From: the human T2T-CHM13v2.0 reference genome, Homo sapiens | Length of the DNA: 64,000 bases | NCBI RefSeq assembly: GCF_009914755.1 | Contig: NC_060931.1 | Strand: one strand, 5' to 3' | Shown here: positions 1 to 28,114 of the stretch, in pieces | Numbering within the stretch: the stretch's first letter is position 1 | Layout: each line of letters opens with the position of its first letter | Position numbers and translations under genes: made by a program | Notes under the pieces: generated by a model | Told to the model about the DNA's origin: nothing | The model's input: only the letters and a program-made list of their open reading frames with translations | Databases searched by the model: none

Positions 1-176
1 TCTACATCCAGCCAGCACTCAGGAGGGAGTGAGCGCCTTTCCCTTCCCATGACCTCCACCTGCTGGGGCTGGTGCCCTCGAATGGACGCCCCCTACCCGG
101 CCCCCACCATTGTGCCCTCCTTACCTTCCAGCCAGCCAGCCAGCCCGCTGATCCCTGTCTCCCTCTCTCCCCACAG

Positions 177-1112
177 CTGACCACAGTGGCCGAGAAGTCG
201 CGCGTGCTGCAGCTGGAGGAGGAGCTCACCCTGCGCCGAGGTGAAATCGAGGAGCTCCAGCAGTGCCTGTTGCACTCGGGTCCCCCACCTCCGGACCACC
301 CAGACGCCGCCGAGATCCTGCGGCTACGGGAGCGGCTGCTCTCGGCCAGCAAGGAACACCAGAGGGAGAGTGGGGTGCTGCGGGATAAATACGAGAAGGC
401 CCTGAAGGCCTACCAGGCGGAGGTGGACAAGCTCCGCGCGGCCAACGAGAAGTACGCACAGGAGGTGGCGGGCCTGAAGGACAAGGTTCAGCAGGCCACC
501 AGCGAGAACATGGGGCTAATGGACAACTGGAAATCCAAGCTGGACTCGCTGGCCTCGGACCACCAGAAGTCCCTGGAGGACCTCAAAGCCACCCTGAACT
601 CGGGCCCAGGCGCCCAGCAGAAGGAGATCGGCGAGCTGAAGGCAGTGATGGAGGGCATCAAGATGGAGCACCAGCTGGAGCTGGGTAACTTGCAGGCCAA
701 GCATGACCTGGAGACCGCCATGCACGTGAAGGAGAAGGAGGCCCTGCGAGAGAAGCTGCAGGAGGCCCAGGAGGAGCTGGCTGGGCTGCAGCGGCACTGG
801 CGGGCCCAGCTGGAGGTGCAAGCCAGCCAGCACCGGCTGGAGCTGCAGGAGGCCCAGGACCAGCGCCGGGATGCCGAGCTGCGTGTGCACGAGCTGGAAA
901 AACTGGACGTGGAGTACCGGGGCCAGGCGCAGGCTATCGAGTTCCTCAAGGAGCAGATCTCGCTGGCCGAGAAGAAGATGTTGGACTACGAGCGGCTGCA
1001 GCGGGCAGAAGCCCAGGGCAAACAGGAGGTCGAGAGTTTGCGGGAGAAGCTCCTGGTGGCTGAGAACAGACTCCAGGCGGTCGAGGCCCTGTGCTCCTCC
1101 CAGCACACCCAC
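177..1112 (+). CDS. CLIP2: CLIP2 large coding exon (936 nt, 312 aa coiled coil; probably exon 10), phase 0-0
   Basis: Acceptor ccctctctccccacAG at 175-176; donor CAC|GTAGGC at 1113. Core of ORF 72..1430; E/K/Q/L-rich heptad sequence. Confidence 0.95.
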
Positions 1113-2119
1113 GTAGGCGCCTGCCCCTCCTGCTGGGGCGGGAGGGTCGGGCTGGGGAGGGCTTGGCCTTTTGCTGACCTCTGTTCTGCAGCCCAGGAAG
1201 CATTTCCCTTGTCCCCGAGAGCATGCCTGGGGCAGTCAAGGAAGGGGTCACCTGGCTTAGAGGAGGAGGAGCTCCTTGGCCCTCTGTTAGAGGGGCAGTG
1301 CGCCCTGGTGACCAGGGAGAACCGAAGCTGGTCTGAGCTGACCTGGCTGCATCCCCCCGCACAGAGCAGACCTGGAGAGATGGGACCTCCGTGCAGAGGA
1401 CGGGCTTTGATTTACCCATACATGTCTTAGGGTGCAGGGCTCCTAGGACCCGGGACCTCAGACCCTGTGCCCTGGGGCTGGCACAGACCTGAAGGCAAGC
1501 TCTGCCTATCCCCCTGGGGGCACCCATCTCCAACTTAGAAGCTCACCTGGGGAATCAGCGGCAGCCCCCTTTCTGCCAGTCCTAATGAGACTTTAGCAAC
1601 GGTGCCAACGAGTACTTCCCCAGAATGTGGGAGTTCCCGGAGTGGGGTCTGGAAGGCTAGAGGGGGTGGCCCTAAAGAGGTCGCTGTCACCAATGTCAAT
1701 TTTGCTCCAAATCTAGAAATTCCTTAAGCATCTACCCCTTCTTCCTTCAGCTGAACCCATCCTCCCAGCCCCTCTGAGGAGGTCAACACCCAGGTGGGCT
1801 GTGCCCACTCCACCAGGGCCAGGAAGGGCCTTTTGAGTGGCTCTGGGTACCACGTCTTATGCCAGGCCCTATGTGACTCCATTTCACCTTAACATCCTTA
1901 GATTGATACTGGCTCCATTTCACAGGTGAGCAAACCAAGACTTTCCCAGGTCCACAGCCTCTCAGTGGCAGAGATGTTCAACCCCATTCCCTGTGGGGCT
2001 GACAGAGAGTGCCCAAGACAACAGGAATTAATTCATAGGAGGGATGGCTAGCAACGGACTCTTGCCTGTATACAAATTGTACTCAGAGATTCTTGAGTTT
2101 CCAGTTCCCCCACATACAT

Positions 2120-4292
<2,173 letters not shown>

Positions 4293-5095
4293 TTATGATC
4301 CAAGGGGCTTAGTTCATTACAACTAATTGAGACTCAAATGGGACTTGGGATGTATGAACAGAAGTATGAGGGGCAGGATGATAGAGGTGACTGCCTACTC
4401 AGCTCTGTGCTTCCCTGATCTGCAGTGCCAGACTCTGGCTGGCTCGGAGGACAGCCAGCCTGGGCAGGAGACTGGAAACTCCTGCCAAGAGTGGCAGGGA
4501 GCCTATTGGTTGTGTTTTGACTTTTGTCATAGTGATGTGTGCCAGGCTGATTTTTTTTTTTAATAGGTCTTTTCTTCTTTGGCCTCTGGGTTTATTATTA
4601 AAAAGAAATGTTGGAGAGAAAGAAGCTAGCATTTAATGAAGTCCCTCCAGGAGGTGGCCCCAAGCACGCTGTGCACACACTAACCCAAAGCAGCCAATAT
4701 TTGTTTGATGGATGGGAAACTGAGGCCAGAAGTCTTGTCTCTGGGAGACAGAGAAACAAATTCCCAGGACAAATTTCTGTAGGCATTGCAGGGAAGGAGC
4801 CATCTGTTTAATATAATAAACATTTTCAACAAAGGAAGGGTAGGAGGTATTCATGTATAAGCTGCACAGGCGGCCTTCAGCAGAGCTGGGTGCAGAATGG
4901 GGGTCCTCTGTTGTCAGGGAGGTCCGACTGAGGACGTCTGCACTCCCTGCCACCGCAGCAAGTCCCTGAGTCCGTCACTGAGGTCCCCCTTTGTAGGAGT
5001 AGGGTGTGCAAACTGCAGGTGTGCTTGCTGGGCTGGCTGGGGCTGGGGCCAAGGGGCAGAGGTGAGCATCCCCCTTACAGGGGCTCTTTTTGCAG

Positions 5096-5153
5096 ATGAT
5101 TGAGTCGAATGACATTTCAGAGGAGACGATCAGGACGAAGGAAACTGTGGAGG
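5096..5153 (+). CDS. CLIP2: CLIP2 coding exon (58 nt, MIESNDISEETIRTKETVE-G; probably exon 11)
   Basis: Acceptor ctctttttgcAG at 5094-5095; donor GAGG|GTGAGT at 5154; phase 0-1 fits both neighbours. Confidence 0.93.
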
Positions 5154-5406
5154 GTGAGTGGCCACCAGGCCGGGCGGGACTCTGGGCTCTGGGAAGAGGC
5201 TGGCTGGCTCTGCCTTCCTGCTGGGTCACATTTTGGTTTGCATCATCTGCCATTTGGTAAGAGTCACCTCCTGTGTGCTGTGAGCTATGTACTCCTGCAA
5301 GGGAGGAGGCCAGTTTACGGAGGGATAGGCATTGCACCAGCCTTCCAAGTTGCTGTCTTTTTTTTCTTTTTCTTTTGAAACAGATTTAACGGAATAGTAA
5401 ACTTAA

Positions 5407-10629
<5,223 letters not shown>

Positions 10630-10810
10630 AGTGTCAGGTCCTCTTCTTCAGGAGGGGTTACCCAGCGAGACGGCTGGAGTGAGGAAGAACTTGGACCCTG
10701 GAGGCCAAGTGTGACCCCGTCACAGAGCTCCTGTGGGAGGGCCATGGCCCTACCCACTGCTGCTTTGGTCCAGGAGCATTGATGCTTCTCGTCTCTCCTC
10801 TCTCCCCTAG

Positions 10811-10894
10811 GCCTGCAGGACAAGCTGAACAAGAGGGACAAAGAGGTGACAGCCTTGACCTCCCAGACCGAGATGCTCAGGGCCCAAGTAAGTG
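10811..10894 (+). CDS. CLIP2: CLIP2 coding exon (84 nt, G-LQDKLNKRDKEVTALTSQTEMLRAQVS-A; probably exon 12), phase 1-1
   Basis: Long pyrimidine tract ending cccctAG at 10809-10810. Donor GTG|GTAAGT at 10895 is the one that keeps frame with the next exon. Confidence 0.92.
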
Positions 10895-10963
10895 GTAAGT
10901 CTCCCTCCCGCAGGGCAGATGCGGGGGGCTTTCACTGGGGCCGTGCCATTCAGCTGCCAATTA

Positions 10964-14369
<3,406 letters not shown>

Positions 14370-14370
<1 letters not shown>

Positions 14371-14440
14371 AAAAAAAGAAAGAAAGAAAGAAAGAAAAGA
14401 GAGAGAGAGAGAAAGAAAGAAAGAAAAAGAAAGAAAGAAA

Positions 14441-14476
<36 letters not shown>

Positions 14477-14477
14477 A
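14370..14477 (+). repeat. (GAAA)n/(GA)n purine-rich simple repeat grown from an Alu tail
   Basis: aaagaaagaaagaaagaaaagagagagag...aaagaaagaa. Confidence 0.9.
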
Positions 14478-14484
14478 TTAATGC

Positions 14485-15700
<1,216 letters not shown>

Positions 15701-15785
15701 AGCTAGATTCAGTCGATAGACATGGTTTGTGTGGTCCCTCTGAGCCTTTAAGAAATTAGACTAACAATTAAAAATCAGAAGATGG

Positions 15786-19640
<3,855 letters not shown>

Positions 19641-19989
19641 TAATCTGCCCGCCTTGGCCTCCCAAAGTGCTGGGATTACAGGCATGTGCTACCACACCCA
19701 GCTAATTTTTGTATTTTGAGTAGAGATAGGGTTTTGCTATGTTGGCCAGGCTGGTCTCAAACTCCTGACCTCAGGTGATCTGTCCTCCTCAGCCTCCCAA
19801 AGTGCTGGGATTACAGGCATAAGCCACCATGCCTGGCCAGAGATACCTTCTTTTTGGCCAGTTTGCTAAGTCCAGTTCATTCTTCAGGGCTTAGCACATT
19901 GTCACCTCTTCCTTGAAGCCTTTCTTGATTGATACAGGCCACCGTGGGCTCCTCCACACTCCTGCAGTGCTTAGGATGGAGGTGGGAGA

Positions 19990-20330
19990 TCAGCTAGGAA
20001 TGCTTTGGTGACGGTGATGTCACATCCATCAAACAGCAGATTAAAGTAGCAGAGATTTCCTTTTCTTACATAACAAGAAATCTGGAGGGGCTGTGACTGG
20101 CAGTTGGTTCAGGAGCTTAAGATCTCAGTGCCAACACCTTTGCAGTGCTCCCTGCCTCATGATTGCAAGGTGGCTGCTGAAAGTCCAGCCATCACATCAT
20201 ACATCATAGCAGAAAGGAGGAGGAAAGGGAAGGGAGCTGTGCCAGCAGATTTCCACTGTTCTCTACCCGTGGCCACCTAGTAAGGGAGTTTTCCCCTCTG
20301 TAGTAGTTGCAGGCAAGGGAAAACGCTAGG
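19990..20330. mobile_element. Old ERVL-MaLR (MLT1-type) LTR relic
   Basis: tcagctaggaatgc...cttacataacaagaaatctggagg...ctcatgattgcaaggtggctgctg...ccagccatcacatc resembles MLT1K/L-type LTRs (from memory). Confidence 0.5.
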
Positions 20331-20461
20331 GCATAGGGGTGCATGTGCTCCTGCCTATGCCCATGGCAGGCATTACCAATCGATCACTGCACTGTTTCCT
20401 GCAGACCCCAAATGTGGCCTCAGAACCATTATCATCATAGTACTCCAGGTAGATCCTGTCA

Positions 20462-20647
<186 letters not shown>

Positions 20648-20786
20648 TTAAAAATAGATAAAATGTCTTGCCTCATGAGATTTCTTGGGTAAATGTTTTG
20701 GGGTTATGTGTGTGTGTGTGTGTGTTTTAATTAAACAAATATATTGTCTTTTCTTTAAAAATTTTATTTATTATTATTTTCTTTGA

Positions 20787-21023
<237 letters not shown>

Positions 21024-21317
21024 TGAAGTGCTGGGATTACAGGCGTGAGCCACTGTGCTTTGCACTCCCCCCACAACAACTTTAAAAAGTACTCTAGGAA
21101 AGGTCAAGTCCTCAGGACCATCCCAGCCCCAAATCCTGGCCCCTCTTGGGCTTTGGTTGAATTGTGTCTACTGTGGCCCCTCGTGGCACAGATGCCATCT
21201 AGTAGCCCATGTCCCCCACCAGTTGGTCAGCCCCTGGACACTTGGCAAATTGCTAGAGTGTGGGAGCTGGAGGAGCCAGGGCTGAGTGCAGTGGTTCTGT
21301 GCCCGCCTCACCCCCAG

Positions 21318-21477
21318 GAGCCTGAACGAACTGCGGGTGTTGCTGCTGGAGGCCAATCGTCACTCCCCAGGGCCGGAGAGGGACCTGAGCCGTGAGGTAC
21401 ACAAGGCTGAGTGGCGGATCAAGGAGCAGAAACTCAAGGATGACATCCGGGGCCTGCGTGAAAAGCTGACCGGGCTG
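21318..21477 (+). CDS. CLIP2: CLIP2 coding exon (160 nt, R-SLNELRVLLLEANRHSPGPERDL...REKLTGL; probably exon 14)
   Basis: Acceptor ctcacccccAG at 21316-21317; donor CTG|GTATGT at 21478; matches ORF 21286..21501. Confidence 0.93.
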
Positions 21478-21785
21478 GTATGTGGGGTAGGGGTGGCCTA
21501 GGGGCAGGGGCACTAGTCCGGGTGGGGCTGGGCTAGCCTTGCTGTCAGGCCATGGAGACTGGAGACCTCCTGGAATGACCCCAGGGACAGCTGAGTCATG
21601 GTGAGGATTTGAAATCTTCTAGGACCACAGGCAGGTGGAGGGACCCTGGCTAGCCGCTTTTGCAGACATCATGGCTGCCTATGTGGCAGTCTGTGTGATA
21701 CGGTGCAAAGGAAAACTTCCTATCTGACCTGTCCAGAGGCAGGATGAGCCAATACAGGTAAAGAGCTCCCTGTTCAGAGGAGTAA

Positions 21786-22091
<306 letters not shown>

Positions 22092-22118
22092 TAGTAGAGA
22101 CAGGGTTTCACCGTGTTA

Positions 22119-22841
<723 letters not shown>

Positions 22842-23352
22842 TCACAGGCTGGAGGGAGGGCCTCAGCGCCCCCGACCCCCTATATCCGGGAGTAGGCCCT
22901 TGGCCCTCAGGGTTCCGGGATAAAGAGCATCACTCTGGCCACACACCCAGACTGTGGCTGTGGGGGTCACTGAGTCCTGCCGGCCTTCAAGTCCTGGCCT
23001 ATCTGGCTAGCAGGGGTTTGGTGGCTGCACCCTCTGTGGTCCCTGTGGCTCAACAGAAGATAAGCCCCTGGGGTTGGCACGGACTGGGGAGTCTTGAATA
23101 CCCCCAGGGGCTTCCCTAGAGCCTTGTAGGAGTGCGCAGTGCTGAGCTCAGACTGGTGCCCATGGGGCACAGATTGGTCAAGTTTACTTGGGAACTGGCG
23201 GCCTCTGCCCCAGGGTAGCCTCTTGTCTCATCATCTCCCTGCACTGTGTCCACGGGAGAACTTGGGAAGCCTTGGTGTGTGGGTAGAAGCCTCTTGATTT
23301 CAGGATGGAGGTTCTGTTGGGAGGTGGTTTGGAGGGTCAGAGCAGGCAGGAC

Positions 23353-23400
23353 TGGGCAGTGCTGAAGGATGGAGTTTGGGCAGTGCTGAAGGATGGAGTT
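23353..23400 (+). repeat. Perfect 2 x 24-bp tandem repeat (TGGGCAGTGCTGAAGGATGGAGTT)
   Basis: Read directly from the sequence. Confidence 0.9.
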
Positions 23401-23790
23401 TGTGCAGGAGCGAGGAGGCTGGCGGGCCTTGGGGCAGGTACAGCTCTGGGTGCCATGGTGGGGGTGACTATGGAGAGGAGGAACCTCATAAGACAGTTGG
23501 GTGGGGGCAGTGTAAGAAGAAGGGTGCTGGGTGCGGTGGCTCATGCCTATAATCCCACTGCTTTGGGAGGCCAAGTTGGGAGGATGGCTTGAGGTCAGGA
23601 GTTCGAGACCAGCCTGGACCTCATAACAAGACCGCATCTCTACAAAAAAAGTTAAAAATTAGCCAAGTGTGGTTGCATGCCCTGCAGTATCAGCTACTCG
23701 GGAGGCTGAGGTGGGAGGATCACTTGAGCCCAGGAATTGGAGGCTGTAATGAGCTGTGATTGCACCACTGCACTCCAGCCTGCACAATAG

Positions 23791-24011
<221 letters not shown>

Positions 24012-24637
24012 TGACCAGGCTGGTCTCGAACTCCTGACCTCAGGTGATCTGCCTGCCTCGGCCTCCCAAAGTGCTGGGATTACAGGCGTGAGCCACCAGG
24101 CTCGGTCTCTGTCTCTTTTTTTAATTATTTTTAAAGGCAAGGCTGGGCGCAGTGGCTCATGCCTGTAATCCCAGCACTTTGGGAAGCCGAGGCGGGTGGA
24201 TCACGAGGTCAGGAGATTGAGACCATCCTGGCTAACACGGTGAAACCACGTCTCTACTAAAAATAGGAAAAAATTAGCGGGGCGTGGTGGTGGGCCCCTC
24301 CCAGCTACTCAGGAGGCTGAGGCAGGAGAATGGCATGAACCCGGGAGGCGGAGCTTGCAGAGACCCAAGATCGCGCCACTGCACTCCAGCCTAGGTGATA
24401 GAGCGAGACTCTGTCTCAAAAAAAAAAAAAAAAAAAAAGTCAAGAGGGATGGGGTCCTGGGTTCCCCACTTGGAGACCATGGAGCACCTCACAGAGGCCT
24501 GAGGGACCTCTGGGTGATGCCCAGGCTTGGAACCCAGAGACAAAGTGAGGCTGGAAGACTTTCCTGCCTAGAGTTGAGACGCCCACCAACACACACACGC
24601 ACACTCATGTACTCTTCCACTCTCCTGCCACTTCCAG

Positions 24638-24823
24638 GACAAAGAGAAATCCCTGTCGGATCAGAGGCGCTACTCCCTCATCGACCCGTCCTCGGCGCCC
24701 GAGCTTCTGCGGCTGCAGCACCAGCTGATGAGCACGGAGGACGCCCTGCGGGATGCGCTGGACCAGGCTCAGCAGGTGGAGAAGCTGATGGAGGCCATGA
24801 GGAGCTGCCCTGACAAGGCCCAG
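24638..24823 (+). CDS. CLIP2: CLIP2 coding exon (186 nt, DKEKSLSDQRRYSLIDPSSAPELL...SCPDKAQ; probably exon 15), phase 0-0
   Basis: Acceptor ccacttccAG at 24636-24637; donor CAG|GTGAGC at 24824; 62 open codons read by hand. Confidence 0.93.
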
Positions 24824-24869
24824 GTGAGCCGCGGCTGACAGGGCCCACCAGGAGGCAAGCCACGGGGCA

Positions 24870-25562
24870 GTGTCCTCGGAGCCCCCGTCTGATGCGGGAG
24901 GCAGCCTTGTCTTTAAAACCCCAGTCTGAGGAGGTAGGGAGCTCGTCCCAGGAACCTGGTCTGAAGGGGGAGGTAGCCCTGTCCCAGAAACCCTGGTTTG
25001 AAGAAGGAGGCAGCTCTGTCCTGGGAACCCCAGTCTGAAGGGGGAGGCAGCCCTGTCTCAGGAACCCGGGTCTGAATGGGGAGGTAGCTCTGTCCCGGGA
25101 ACCCCTGGTCTGAAGGGGGAGGCAGCTCTGTCCCAGGAACCCTGATGTGAAGGGGGAGGCAGCTCTGTCCCAGAAGCCCCCGGTCTGAAGGGGGAGGTAG
25201 CTCTGTCCCGGGAACCCTAGTCTGAAGGGGGAGGCATTTCTGTCCTAGGAACCTTGATCTGAAGGGAGAGGCAGCTCTGTCCTGGGAACCCTAGTCTGAA
25301 AGGGAAGGCATCTCTGTCCCGGGAACCTTGATCTGAAGAGGGAGGCAGCTCTGTCCCGGAACCCTGGTCTGAAGGGGGAGGCAGCTCTGTCCCGGGAACC
25401 CTGGTCTGAAGGGGGAGGTGGCGCTGTCCCAGGAACCTCCATCAGAAATGGGAGGCAGCCCTGGCCCAGGAACCCTGATCTAAAGCGGGAGGCAGCTCTG
25501 TCCTGGGAACCCAGCTGAAAGGGGAGGGAGCCCTGCCCTCTGGAACCCCCAGTTCAAGGGGC
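24870..25562 (+). repeat. Minisatellite, ~37-bp unit (GCAGCTCTGTCCCGGGAACCCTGGTCTGAAGGGGGAG), ~19 copies
   Basis: The TCTGAAGGGGGAGG anchor recurs every 36-38 bp from ~24888 to ~25553, with degenerate units at both ends. Confidence 0.95.
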
Positions 25563-25772
25563 ACATGGCTTTGCCCTGAGGAGCTTAGACTAAGAAGGAA
25601 GATGCAGCCTTACCCCTAGAGGCTTGGTCTTTGGGGGTGCTGGGAGCCCCAGGCTGAAGGGGTTGGAATTTGGAGCCTGAGACGGTCCCATGGGAAGACC
25701 TCGCCATCTAGTGGGAAAATCGGGAACTGCTGCCTGGTGCACCTGGCTCAGTGTCTCCCCTAACTCTTCCAG

Positions 25773-25835
25773 ACCATCGGCAATTCCGGTTCTGCAAACG
25801 GCATCCACCAGCAGGACAAAGCTCAGAAACAAGAG
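25773..25835 (+). CDS. CLIP2: CLIP2 coding exon (63 nt, TIGNSGSANGIHQQDKAQKQE; probably exon 16), phase 0-0
   Basis: Branch-like cctaac, acceptor tcttccAG at 25771-25772, donor GAG|GTGAGG at 25836. Confidence 0.92.
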
Positions 25836-25912
25836 GTGAGGGGCGCCTCGGGCCTCCCAGGTCCCTCCCGTGCAGGCAGACCTCTCTGGAGAAAATCCTT
25901 GAAACGTCACTA

Positions 25913-27962
<2,050 letters not shown>

Positions 27963-28102
27963 TCAGGGCCTTGGCACATGCAGTTCGCTCTATGCTCCTC
28001 CCCCACCCGGCCCCAACTCCTTTCCTCCCTGACTCCCCTCTGGCCGCCTGGCCCTCCAGGCTCTCTGAGACCCTTGCTGATGATGCCCTTTACTCTCTCT
28101 AG

Positions 28103-28114
28103 GACAAGCACTGA
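28103..28114 (+). CDS. CLIP2: CLIP2 terminal exon coding part (GAC AAG CAC TGA = DKH-stop)
   Basis: Acceptor ctttactctctctAG at 28101-28102; stop TGA at 28112-28114; matches the recalled CLIP2 C-terminus ...QEDKH. Confidence 0.9.
   Translation, partial: DKH

Noticed and set aside
72-1430. 452-aa ORF as a stand-alone gene
   Set aside because: Only 177-1112 is exon. The flanking parts are intronic read-through past clear splice sites, the start is not ATG, and composition changes abruptly.
2-1533. Minus-strand ORFs overlapping the large exon (116-198 aa)
   Set aside because: Antisense shadows of GC3-rich coiled-coil codons, with no independent coding signal.
4997-5067. Possible cryptic or mutually exclusive exon ending at the donor-like GAG|GTGAGC (5062)
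   Set aside because: The better acceptor (4996) gives an immediate stop, the other (5018) lacks a pyrimidine tract, and there is no similarity to the neighbouring exon.
24870-25562. CRISPR-like array (37-bp periodicity)
   Set aside because: Head-to-tail tandem units with no unique spacers, in a human intron with no cas genes: a minisatellite.
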